DNA of 64,000 nucleotides. It comes from a virus. The DNA is taken from positions 5,454 to 69,453 of the IMG/VR virus record IMGVR_UViG_3300020442_002247; one strand, written 5' to 3'. The position numbers and the translations under genes were made by a program. Under the pieces are notes generated by a model. It had not been told where the DNA came from, ran no database searches, and saw only the letters and a list, made by a program, of their open reading frames with translations. This document shows, piece by piece, positions 1 through 8,032 of the stretch (its first letter is position 1; the number at the start of each line of letters is the position of its first letter).

Positions 1-225
1 GGTTACAAAGGCTCAAGTGAATCTGATGCGGCGGCATTTTACTGCCCATACATTCCGTTGATGTCAAGCGGTGTTGTGTTAGATCCAAGTTCATTCGAAC
101 CAGTCGTTTCATTTATGACACGTTACGGTTACGTTGAGCTTTCAAACACAGCTTCATCTCTTGGTAACGCGGCAGATTATGTTGGCTTAGTAGATATTAC
201 TAACGGCAACGTATCTTTCAGCTAA
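1..225 (+). CDS. gp23: Major capsid protein (T4 gp23-like), C-terminal fragment
   Basis: Frame 1 reads GYKGSSESDAAAFYCPYIPLMSSGVVLDPSSFEPVVSFMTRYG...VSFS* (TAA 223-225). GYKG...FYCPYIPL...DP..F.P...FMTRYG is the conserved gp23 C-terminus. Not in the ORF track because it is 5'-truncated. Confidence 0.93.
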   Translation, partial: GYKGSSESDAAAFYCPYIPLMSSGVVLDPSSFEPVVSFMTRYGYVELSNTASSLGNAADYVGLVDITNGNVSFS

Positions 226-245
226 TATCATTAGATACTAGATTT

Positions 246-274
246 AAAATAGGCCCTTCGGGGCCTATTTTTTT
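246..274 (+). terminator. Rho-independent terminator after the capsid gene
   Basis: AAAATAGGCCC-TTCG-GGGCCTATTTT perfect stem with a UUCG tetraloop and a T-run. Confidence 0.9.
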
Positions 275-275
275 G

Positions 276-283
276 ACTAAATA
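276..283 (+). promoter_or_regulatory. T4-like late promoter (ACTAAATA)
   Basis: Variant of the TAAATA motif that recurs upstream of most late genes in this window. It lies ~8 nt before the riboswitch. Confidence 0.6.
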
Positions 284-291
284 ATAGTACA

Positions 292-349
292 ATCGTTCAT
301 CCTGGAAGGGGACGGAAGTAGCACAAGCGAAGGAACGCACTTTAACTGT
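292..349 (+). ncRNA. glnA RNA: Glutamine riboswitch, glnA-motif (glutamine-I) type
   Basis: AUCGUUCA-[UCCU GGAAG GGGA]-CGGAAGUA-[GC ACAA GC]-GAAGGAACGC. P1 is CGUUC(294-298)/GAACG(343-347), with P2, an E-loop (GAAGUA/GAA) and a short P3. Matches the glnA motif consensus as I recall it. Confidence 0.75.
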
Positions 350-365
350 AAAAGGGAGAAGTGTT

Positions 366-479
366 ATGGATATTTTCACTTTTTGGTGCTTCAAAAGAAT
401 ACTCAGACAGCATCGTATAAAAAAGATTCAATATATATTGAGACGAAAATCTTATGGCTTATTCAAAGGAAGTTATTGA
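366..479 (+). CDS. 37-aa basic small ORF downstream of the riboswitch (MDIFTFWCFKRILRQHRIKKIQYILRRKSYGLFKGSY)
   Basis: SD GGGAG at 354-358, ATG 366, TGA 477-479. Overlaps the iscU start and is below the ORF-track length cut-off. Confidence 0.55.
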   Translation: MDIFTFWCFKRILRQHRIKKIQYILRRKSYGLFKGSY

Positions 480-861
480 TCATTATGAAAGACCACGTAA
501 TGTTGGTTCTCTGGACAGTAGCGATGATAGTGTTGGCACTGGTATTGTTGGTGCTCCAGAATGCGGTGATGTAATGAAACTGCAAATTAAAGTTGATGAC
601 AATAAAATAGTTGACTGTAAATTTAAAACTTTTGGTTGTGGTTCTGCTATTGCTAGTTCTTCTTTGGCTAGTGAATGGATTTTAAATAAAACCATTACAG
701 AAGCAGAAAAAATACAAAATACAGACATTGTAGAAGAACTTAGTTTACCTCCTGTAAAAATACACTGTTCTGTACTAGCAGAAGATGCAATTAAAACCGC
801 CATAGGTGATTACAAACAAAAACAACATCAACGTCTTACTGACATTAGAGGCGGAATGTGA
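454..861 (+). CDS. iscU: Fe-S cluster scaffold protein IscU
   Basis: MAYS..VIDHYE.PRNVG, GAPECGDVM, FKTFGCGSAIASSS, LPPVKIHC: all three Cys ligands and the HscA-binding LPPVK motif are present. Confidence 0.96.
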   Translation: MAYSKEVIDHYERPRNVGSLDSSDDSVGTGIVGAPECGDVMKLQIKVDDNKIVDCKFKTFGCGSAIASSSLASEWILNKTITEAEKIQNTDIVEELSLPPVKIHCSVLAEDAIKTAIGDYKQKQHQRLTDIRGGM

Positions 862-947
862 AAACTCGTGACTTTGTTTTAGAAACAATATATGAGAAGA
901 AAACAGACAAAGGAACAGTTTGGTTAGTAAAAATTAAAAAAAAATAA
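858..947 (+). CDS. Possible 29-aa micro-ORF (VKTRDFVLETIYEKKTDKGTVWLVKIKKK)
   Basis: GTG overlaps the iscU stop (GTGA), GAGG at ~847-850, TAA 945-947. Confidence 0.3.
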   Translation: MKTRDFVLETIYEKKTDKGTVWLVKIKKK

Positions 948-966
948 CATTTTGGTTAAAATAAGG

Positions 967-995
967 TTGACTTTTATTTTAGGATATGCTATATT
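967..995 (+). promoter_or_regulatory. Sigma70-type promoter driving the ncRNA
   Basis: TTGACT(967-972)-17 bp-TATATT(990-995) with an extended -10 TG at 987-988 and an AT-rich upstream region. Confidence 0.8.
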
Positions 996-999
996 AGTA

Positions 1000-1223
1000 A
1001 AATAAGCAACAAGAGAGTAATTAACTCTTGTTTATTAGTGCATCGAAGAGGCGTTTACCAGAGCGTCGAAGATGGCTGTTTAGGGGTGGTACCCAGGCTT
1101 GGTAGTAGAAATACGCTGAGTCACATCGCTCTACCGAGCGGAAACAGGCTCCCTGGATTTGAGAATGGCATCTCGGTCGAGGGGTTGGAGGTGTAACCTA
1201 GTCCTTCCTAATATTGCTTATTT
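1000..1223 (+). ncRNA. Stand-alone highly structured ~220-nt ncRNA (possibly manA-motif-like)
   Basis: GC-rich, with no convincing ORF, between a promoter and a terminator. The 5' AAATAAGCAA (1000-1009) pairs with the 3' TTGCTTATTT (1214-1223). At least six internal hairpins and loop-loop complementarity (UACC/UGGUA) are visible. Confidence 0.75.
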
Positions 1224-1227
1224 CTTT

Positions 1228-1261
1228 AAAAGGTGTACAAGTTTACTTGTATGCCTTTTTT
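1228..1261 (+). terminator. Rho-independent terminator of the ncRNA
   Basis: AAAAGGTGTACAAG-TTTA-CTTGTATGCCTTTT stem (with G-U pairs) followed by a T-run. Confidence 0.85.
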
Positions 1262-1268
1262 CATTTGT

Positions 1269-1276
1269 GATAAATA
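1269..1276 (+). promoter_or_regulatory. T4-like late promoter GATAAATA
   Basis: Recurrent motif, also at 4539, 7923, 18555, 51163, 57002, 57743 and 60136. Confidence 0.75.
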
Positions 1277-1281
1277 CTTAC

Positions 1282-1355
1282 GTCAGATAGCGAAGCCATT
1301 AAGGTGGACTTATGCTGTACCCACAGCGTAGCGGCTAGAACCCGCATCGGACTTC
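1282..1355 (+). promoter_or_regulatory. Structured 5' leader (multi-stem junction) of the first MGRPINK gene
   Basis: GTCAGAT(1282-88)/ATCGGAC(1346-52) encloses three hairpins: GCC/GGT, TATGCTGT/ACAGCGTA and GCGG/CCGC. It ends just before SD AAGGAG. Confidence 0.5.
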
Positions 1356-1372
1356 TATAAAGGAGAAAACAA

Positions 1373-1834
1373 ATGGGAAGACCTATTAATAAAAGATATT
1401 TCGGAGTAGCAGGCACAGGTCCTACTGCGTCTGGAAACGAGATCAAAGTAAATTTTCACAACGGCTCGGGTGTCAAAGAAGGTTACATCGTTAAGCAACT
1501 AGGATCCAAAAAATTCCGTGTTGAAGAGATTGAGACAGCTGGAACATTTGATTGCACATTGAAAACAGGTGTTTTACCTGCGGCTTTATCTTCAGGTGAG
1601 ATGTCAATTTCAGTACAAGGCGTTGATTCAGAAACATATGGCGTAAGCAAAATAGCTGGACGTAAAGTAACTGTAGCTCAACCAAGTGCTACAGGTTCAA
1701 ACGCTCTAGACGGTACATCTATTAAATGGGCTCTTACAGGAGCCGCGGCTACTGGATTAGTTAGAATGGAAGAAGCTGGTGATGATAACACATTGTCTGG
1801 TACAGACGATGACGATTTCACTGAGGACGCTTAA
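1373..1834 (+). CDS. Putative virion structural protein (MGRPINK family, copy 1)
   Basis: Strong SD, late promoter, G/T/S/A-rich composition; paralogous to the next ORF. Confidence 0.65.
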   Translation: MGRPINKRYFGVAGTGPTASGNEIKVNFHNGSGVKEGYIVKQLGSKKFRVEEIETAGTFDCTLKTGVLPAALSSGEMSISVQGVDSETYGVSKIAGRKVTVAQPSATGSNALDGTSIKWALTGAAATGLVRMEEAGDDNTLSGTDDDDFTEDA

Positions 1835-1849
1835 GGTAGGAGTTAATTT

Positions 1850-2281
1850 ATGGGTAGGCCGATTAACAAAGATAAGATTGGATTTGGTGCAGGACGCATC
1901 AAAGTCACTCGACACTTTTTCACCGGCGGTTCTGAAGCTACTACAGCGGCACACATTCATAGACAAGCTGGCGATAACAAGTTTGTAATTAGATTAGATT
2001 CTAACGCAACAGGTGTGTTTACACCTGCTACTCACGTAGATGATGAACTAATGACACTTGTAAATAAAGCCAATGGTACATTAGTTGCAGGAGAATTTAA
2101 AATTGATGCAACAGGATCTGATTCAACAGTTTATCAAGTTACAAAACTTAGAAACAGAACTGTACAGCTTGAAGGTGGAGGTACAGAACAAACTGCTATT
2201 TACGGAATAGGAGTTGATGCAAGTGATAAGGAAGGTTCGGCACCTAATAATACGTTAAGTGTTAACTTACCTACGCAATAA
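1850..2281 (+). CDS. Putative virion structural protein (MGRPINK family, copy 2)
   Basis: SD AGGAG, the same MGRPINK..FG N-terminus, and a shared D(S).T.Y.V(S/T)K...R.V segment. Confidence 0.65.
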   Translation: MGRPINKDKIGFGAGRIKVTRHFFTGGSEATTAAHIHRQAGDNKFVIRLDSNATGVFTPATHVDDELMTLVNKANGTLVAGEFKIDATGSDSTVYQVTKLRNRTVQLEGGGTEQTAIYGIGVDASDKEGSAPNNTLSVNLPTQ

Positions 2282-2290
2282 ATTTTATAT

Positions 2291-2315
2291 TGTAGGGGTG
2301 AAAGCCCCTACATTT
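2291..2315 (+). terminator. Hairpin terminator/processing stem
   Basis: TGTAGGGG-TGAAAG-CCCCTACA followed by TTT. Confidence 0.65.
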
Positions 2316-2327
2316 AAAGGATTATAA

Positions 2328-3368
2328 ATGTCAAAAGTACTAAAAGTTGAAAATGGAAATTATACAGTAAAGGTTGAAGCCGGCGGTAACATAATTCTTG
2401 ATACTGCTAGGGGAACCAATACTGGTAATCCTGCTTTACCTGCTGGCACTGTGATTGTAAGAGGTAGTCTTGAAGTTGAAGGTAGTACAACTACTGTTGA
2501 ATCTAACGATACATTACTCAATGACAATATTATTACATTAAACAACGGTGAAACAGGTGCTGGTATTTCTGCTAGTAAAGGCTACAGTTCGGGATTAGAA
2601 GTTGATAGAGGATCTCTTGCAAAAGGTAGATTTATTTGGGACGATCAGATAGCTTGGACACTAGGAGGCGATAGCGGAACAGGTACTTGGAAAATTGAAG
2701 ATTCAACAAGCAAATTACTACCTTTAAAAACAAAAGGTATTGTTTCTGACGGTACATTATACATAAGCACGGGTAATCAAGTAATAAGTGTAACTGGCAC
2801 AAGTGACTATGAAACAGGAATATTCACTTACACCGGAAGTAACATTGTTGACAGTGGTAGCGGTGTTGTAATAGATGACGACAACGTTCCTAATACTAAA
2901 GCTGTAGTTGATTATGTGGCATTTGCTATTCAAAACGTTGTTCAGCCTAAAATTGAAGAAAACGACACAGTTGTAGAAACACACGATTTTCAAACAACAG
3001 GAACACCGAGTAGAGTAGATATTTCTATAGACAATAATGTTACAACTCAATTTTTTGCAGATAGAGTAGACTTTGACGGTATTAGACTTATAGGTACTAA
3101 GATAACAACAAACACAAGTAATGCTGATATGACAATAGAAGCACCTGGAGGCGGTGCAGTTATTGTAAATGACACATTACAAATTACAGAAACGCCAGGA
3201 GTAGACGACCCGGGTGTCACTGACCCAACTGCACCAACAGAAGGTATAAAACTTTACAGTAAAACCGAAGCTGGCGGACGTACAGGCTTATTCTTTGTAA
3301 ATAAAAGCAGTAGAAGAAGTGAAATAATAAGTAACGAAAGATCACTTGCATATAGCATGATCTTTTAA
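2328..3368 (+). CDS. Virion structural/fibre-associated protein
   Basis: 346 aa, beta-rich (GSLEVEGSTTTVES...DNIITLN, GLEVDRG), with a C-terminal hydrophobic helix RSLAYSMIF. Confidence 0.7.
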   Translation: MSKVLKVENGNYTVKVEAGGNIILDTARGTNTGNPALPAGTVIVRGSLEVEGSTTTVESNDTLLNDNIITLNNGETGAGISASKGYSSGLEVDRGSLAKGRFIWDDQIAWTLGGDSGTGTWKIEDSTSKLLPLKTKGIVSDGTLYISTGNQVISVTGTSDYETGIFTYTGSNIVDSGSGVVIDDDNVPNTKAVVDYVAFAIQNVVQPKIEENDTVVETHDFQTTGTPSRVDISIDNNVTTQFFADRVDFDGIRLIGTKITTNTSNADMTIEAPGGGAVIVNDTLQITETPGVDDPGVTDPTAPTEGIKLYSKTEAGGRTGLFFVNKSSRRSEIISNERSLAYSMIF

Positions 3369-3379
3369 AAGGATAGAAA

Positions 3380-3712
3380 ATGGCAATAGTAAATAGAAGA
3401 CTTACAACTACACAATTAGATGCAATAACAGTACCTTCTGGCAAAACGTATGCAATTACAAATGTACTTGTTTGTAATAACACTACAACAGATTGTAACT
3501 TTGATATGCATTTAATACCAAGTGGCGATCCATTAGATAATAATGTAACAAGGGTAATTAACGGTTTGGTGTTACCAGGAAGTGAAACTTTTACATTTGA
3601 CACTGAAAGAATTATTTTAGAAGTTGGTGATAAATTATCTTTTGTAGCGGCACCTGACGCAGGTAGTGGAAATACTAATTTAAGTGTTACAATAAGTTAT
3701 TTGGAAGTGTAA
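3380..3712 (+). CDS. Small ~110-aa virion adaptor-like protein (paralogue 1)
   Basis: Shares the TVP...I...V.N...L..GDK...V.ISY.E pattern with 11839-12168 and 27580-27906. Confidence 0.65.
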   Translation: MAIVNRRLTTTQLDAITVPSGKTYAITNVLVCNNTTTDCNFDMHLIPSGDPLDNNVTRVINGLVLPGSETFTFDTERIILEVGDKLSFVAAPDAGSGNTNLSVTISYLEV

Positions 3713-4533
3713 TGAGATTTATAAAACAGCAAACTACTAATCGTAGGAACCTCGCAGGTTTAGGGTTAAAACTAGATATCAATAACCATGCTGTGGTTGA
3801 TACTACTTCTACTATGCTAATTGCTAAAGGTACAACAGCACAAAGACCATCTTCACCAGTTAATGGTTACATAAGATATAATACTACAACAAATGAATTT
3901 GAAGGATATCAAAACGGTGCTTGGAGAAAATTTAAATTCAAAGAACCAAATCCAATCGGTATTACACAACAAAATTTAGGCAGTGGCGATGCTGTAGAAA
4001 CTATATTTGGTCCTCTAGATAGTGGTGATTCAGATTTTCCTACACCAGCGGCGGCACAAAATGCTATTGTATTAGTAGAAAATGTATTTCAAGTTGCTAG
4101 TACAAACTATTCAATAGTTCAAAACCCAGGAGGCACAAACACTATTGCGGCATTTGACAGCATAGACGGATCTACAGGACATCCTACAATTACAACAGCT
4201 ACTAACCATGGATTTAGTCAGTTTGATTTAGTTGCTGTATCAGGTGTTGAAGTTACTTCTCCTGGAGAAGGTGACGCATTAGAAAACATGAACACAGCAG
4301 ATGATAGTTCAAGCCCTAGCACATTTAGGGTTGAGGCAGTACCAGCTTTAAACAAACTTGTATTAGGAGTTGATGTTGCAGGTGGTACTATTGCCCAATA
4401 CACTGCAAACAGTGGTAAAATTTACAAATCAGGTTCAGTAACAGGACCGTATCTTCCAGGATACTATATTCAATTTACATCCGCTCCTCCATTAGACAAA
4501 CCAGTAACAGTACTACACAACTTTGACAAATAG
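3712..4533 (+). CDS. Virion fibre/baseplate-associated protein
   Basis: Contains the GTTAQRP...GYIRYNTTTNEFEGY...W module. TAATG coupling to the previous gene. Confidence 0.7.
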   Translation: MRFIKQQTTNRRNLAGLGLKLDINNHAVVDTTSTMLIAKGTTAQRPSSPVNGYIRYNTTTNEFEGYQNGAWRKFKFKEPNPIGITQQNLGSGDAVETIFGPLDSGDSDFPTPAAAQNAIVLVENVFQVASTNYSIVQNPGGTNTIAAFDSIDGSTGHPTITTATNHGFSQFDLVAVSGVEVTSPGEGDALENMNTADDSSSPSTFRVEAVPALNKLVLGVDVAGGTIAQYTANSGKIYKSGSVTGPYLPGYYIQFTSAPPLDKPVTVLHNFDK

Positions 4534-4538
4534 TTCCT

Positions 4539-4546
4539 GATAAATA
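4539..4546 (+). promoter_or_regulatory. Late promoter GATAAATA
   Basis: Motif directly before SD AGGAG and the TTG start. Confidence 0.7.
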
Positions 4547-4564
4547 TTGTACAGGAGATAAACT

Positions 4565-7500
4565 TTGGCACAGCTTGGTAGAATATCAGGACCATTATTA
4601 CAAGAAAATTTAGAAAGACAAGGCGTTGATCTAAAATTTAGGAACGACTTAAATTCTACACCTTTATTATATCTTGATGTTAACACAAAACAAGTAGCTG
4701 TAAATTATAACGGAACTCCTTTAGCAGATTTATATTTAAACAGCCCTATTGAGACAGTAAATTTAGCTGTTACAAGCGGAACTGCAACTATAGGTAATTT
4801 TACACTTGGCGGTGATACAATACAATTAAGTTCTGGCAACATGACATTAGATGCTGTGCAGAATATTAATTTAAGCGGCCTTGGTACAGATAACCTATTG
4901 TTAGATGATGCATATATAGGCACAAGAACCACTGATACAGATGTAATACTTGACCCATCTGGTACTGGTACAGTTGAATTTTACGCTAATACAACAGTAG
5001 ATGGTAATATACATGCAACACAGAATATTACAGCAGACGGAAACTTAGTATTAGGTAGTGGAAGTGAAGATAATATTGCACTAAACGCAGATATAACAAA
5101 TGATATATTACCTGATCAAACAGATCAATTTGCTATAGGCTCTGCTGGTAAGAAATTTTCACAACTATATTCCCCATTACTTAATGGTGAAGTTATAAAC
5201 GCTGGAACTTTATCAGTAAGCACACTTTCTGATTTAGGAGCACCAACAGGAAATGTATACTATGTAGCACAAAACGGAGATGATACTAACAGAGGAGATC
5301 ATCCTCAAGGCCCATTTAAAACAATAAAAAGGGCATTAGATTTTGCAGACGGAAGTAGTGGAGGTCCTGTAACAATTTATGTTTTACCAGGAGGATATGA
5401 AGAAGTAACACCACTAGTTGTACCAGCAAACACAACTATTTGTGGACTTGATATGCGTAATACAATTATACGTCCTGAAAGTGCATATCAAAGTAATGAT
5501 ATTTTCCATGTTACAGGCGAAGTTACAATTCAAAATTTAACTTTGAAAGATTTTTATTATGATAGTGGAAATGATAAAGGTTATGCATTTAGATTTGCAC
5601 CTAATGCTGTAATCAATACTAGATCACCTTACATACAAAACTGTACAGTAATTACCCAAGGAACTGCAACTAGTGCAAGTGACCCAAGAGGTTTCGACAG
5701 CGGAGATGCAGGTAAAGGAGCATTAGTTGACGGTTTATCTGTAACCACTACTAGTGAAGAAGCAAGTATGTTATTCCACAGTGTAACATTAATTACTCCT
5801 GGAGTAGATGCACTTACTATGACTAATGGTGTAAGAGTAGAGTGGTTAAATTGTTTTACATATTTTGCAAATAGAGGAATATATGTTACAAATGGAACAG
5901 GACGAACCGATAATAGAGACGGAAGCACAGTTGTCTACGGCGGCGAACTAAGAAGTATTGCAAGTGCTAACGTGTATGGAAATAAAGGAATAGAAGGTGA
6001 CGGTGATAGTGTACTTTGTTATCTAATTAATCACAATCTTGCATACATAGGTGTAGGCAAACGAGTTGATAACGATGAATCAAGAGCAATACAAGCAAAC
6101 GAAGTTATAAAATCTAATAGTGCAAAAATATTTTTCCAAACACAAGATCATACTGGTGACTTTAGGGTAGGAGATAATTTTGCAATAGATTTTGAGACTG
6201 GATCTACTTCATTGAATTTAGCCGCGGCTAGTTTTGCAAATTACAATTCTTTGATTATAGAAGATGCCAGTGGCATAACGCAAATATACGCAGATAGATT
6301 AGAAGTTGGAGATTTTATTTTAAGTGGCAATACAATACAAACTAGAAATTTAGATTTGACTTTAGATAGTTATGCTACTAACAATAAAATTAAATTTTTA
6401 GCAAATACGAATCTAGAACAAGACCTTAATTTACAAGATGGTATAACAATTTCAGGAAATTTTACATATGTAGGAGAACAAGTAGGTAACCAATTAGTGC
6501 TAGGAGCAAATATCGGAAGTGACGTGAATCCATCTACAACTGGTACTTTCAATTTAGGTGATAGCACAGATAGATGGCGTAGAATTAGTGCAAGTGAAAT
6601 AAACGTTAGTGATATAAAATTAGAAACCAATGTAATTACAACTACAGTTTCTAATGCTGATTTAGAATTTAGAGCTAGTGGTACAGGAAAAATATTATTA
6701 GCAAATAATAATCTAGAAGTTACAAATGACATAACAGCAAACGGCACTACAAATATAAACAATTTAAATGTATCAGGAAACTTAACTTTTTCTGGAGCAG
6801 TTGATTTTACACAACCTTTTACAACAGAAGACATCAATGTTGAAAGACTTAGCGTACCTGGATATGATTCACAGTTTGAAGATATAAAAATACAAACTAA
6901 TTTTCTAACAACAACCCAAAGTAATAGTAATTTAGAATTACGTGCATCTGGTTCTGGAATAATTGATATTGATAACTTAACAGTAGCTAACAACACTACA
7001 GTATCAGGAACATTTACTGTGTCTGACAGTAATAATTTTACAACTGTAAATTCAGAATTCGACACAGGTGATATTAAAATTTATCAAAATGTAATAGAAA
7101 CAACAAATTCTAATAGTGATCTAGAACTTAGGTCTTATACAGGTAGGATCAAAACTGCTGATGTATTTTTTGAAAATCCTACTACAATAAGCACAGCTTC
7201 TAATAATTTAACATTAGGTGGAGCAATTATTGACATGAGTTCGGCTAACAAGTACTTGCTATTGCCTAAAGGAACAACGGCACAAAGAGATAGCAATTTA
7301 GGATCTTTAAGATACAATACAGATAATAATGCAATTGAAGGATATTCAACAGCATATCTGCATACTAGGGGTGTGTTTAGTGAAGATAGAGCGGCTAGCG
7401 TTACAGCCCATGATACTAATGATACTTTAATTTTTAGAACTAATAATACTACACAAGGAACTTTAGATGCTACAAAATTAACTATGCACAATCTTACTGC

Positions 7501-7900
7501 TAATCAAATTAGTATTGATGGTAACAGTATTGTTGCAGAAAATAGTAATAGCGATTTAGAAATAGTAGCAACAGGAAACGCAAATGTATTTTTTGAAGAT
7601 TTTGAAATACAAGGCAATAATATTATACAAGTTAACACTAATAGTGGTACTACAATAAGTGCATCTGGACCAAACGGTTTGACACAATTTGGCGGTACTA
7701 ATGGAGTGCAAATTCCTGTAGGAACTACAGCTGAACGTCCTGGAACTGCTGGCACAGGACAATTAAGATGGAATACAACCACAAACGAACTAGAAGCATA
7801 TTCAGGCACATCTTGGGGTATAGCGTCTGGTGTACCACAAAATGTTTCACAGCAATTCGTTGATGATACCAACTTTGAAAACAGCTTAATCTTTGGATAA
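4565..7900 (+). CDS. Large fibre/structural protein with a pectin-lyase-like beta-helix and repeated 'TTNSNSDLELR' units (paralogue A1)
   Basis: TTG start with SD AGGAG. YYVAQNGDD..G....PFKTI..A...G.Y.E beta-helix cap and two C-terminal GTTAQR modules. Paralogue of 8033-11833. Confidence 0.8.
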   Translation: MAQLGRISGPLLQENLERQGVDLKFRNDLNSTPLLYLDVNTKQVAVNYNGTPLADLYLNSPIETVNLAVTSGTATIGNFTLGGDTIQLSSGNMTLDAVQNINLSGLGTDNLLLDDAYIGTRTTDTDVILDPSGTGTVEFYANTTVDGNIHATQNITADGNLVLGSGSEDNIALNADITNDILPDQTDQFAIGSAGKKFSQLYSPLLNGEVINAGTLSVSTLSDLGAPTGNVYYVAQNGDDTNRGDHPQGPFKTIKRALDFADGSSGGPVTIYVLPGGYEEVTPLVVPANTTICGLDMRNTIIRPESAYQSNDIFHVTGEVTIQNLTLKDFYYDSGNDKGYAFRFAPNAVINTRSPYIQNCTVITQGTATSASDPRGFDSGDAGKGALVDGLSVTTTSEEASMLFHSVTLITPGVDALTMTNGVRVEWLNCFTYFANRGIYVTNGTGRTDNRDGSTVVYGGELRSIASANVYGNKGIEGDGDSVLCYLINHNLAYIGVGKRVDNDESRAIQANEVIKSNSAKIFFQTQDHTGDFRVGDNFAIDFETGSTSLNLAAASFANYNSLIIEDASGITQIYADRLEVGDFILSGNTIQTRNLDLTLDSYATNNKIKFLANTNLEQDLNLQDGITISGNFTYVGEQVGNQLVLGANIGSDVNPSTTGTFNLGDSTDRWRRISASEINVSDIKLETNVITTTVSNADLEFRASGTGKILLANNNLEVTNDITANGTTNINNLNVSGNLTFSGAVDFTQPFTTEDINVERLSVPGYDSQFEDIKIQTNFLTTTQSNSNLELRASGSGIIDIDNLTVANNTTVSGTFTVSDSNNFTTVNSEFDTGDIKIYQNVIETTNSNSDLELRSYTGRIKTADVFFENPTTISTASNNLTLGGAIIDMSSANKYLLLPKGTTAQRDSNLGSLRYNTDNNAIEGYSTAYLHTRGVFSEDRAASVTAHDTNDTLIFRTNNTTQGTLDATKLTMHNLTANQISIDGNSIVAENSNSDLEIVATGNANVFFEDFEIQGNNIIQVNTNSGTTISASGPNGLTQFGGTNGVQIPVGTTAERPGTAGTGQLRWNTTTNELEAYSGTSWGIASGVPQNVSQQFVDDTNFENSLIFG

Positions 7901-7922
7901 CCAACCCTTAATACTGCATTTC

Positions 7923-8030
7923 GATAAATAATACTGTACGTAGAGTCGACCAAACTCTGAGTACAAAAAATACTGTGGTCAACCCGCAATGTAATGTGGT
8001 TGGAGGGACAGGATCCCCGTATAGGAGAAG
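7923..8030 (+). promoter_or_regulatory. Late promoter plus pseudoknot-forming 5' leader
   Basis: GATAAATA at 7923-30. Hairpin AGAGT/ACTCT with loop GACCA (7948-52) complementary to TGGTC (7976-80). Two more hairpins precede SD AGGAG (8023-27). Confidence 0.55.
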
Positions 8031-8032
8031 AG

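Noticed and set aside
383-574. 63-aa ORF-track call overlapping iscU
   Set aside because: Out-of-frame shadow of iscU without an SD. The SD-supported small ORF is 366-479.
1000-1223. tRNA, tmRNA, RNase P, SRP or group I intron identity for the ncRNA
   Set aside because: No TTCGA T-loop or CCA end, no tag ORF, no GAGGAAAGUCC, and no interrupted host gene or recognisable P7 core.
7994-8032. N-terminal extension MWLEGQDPRIGEE of the 1279-aa ORF
   Set aside because: The SD and homology to paralogue A1 place the start at 8033; the upstream part is structured leader.
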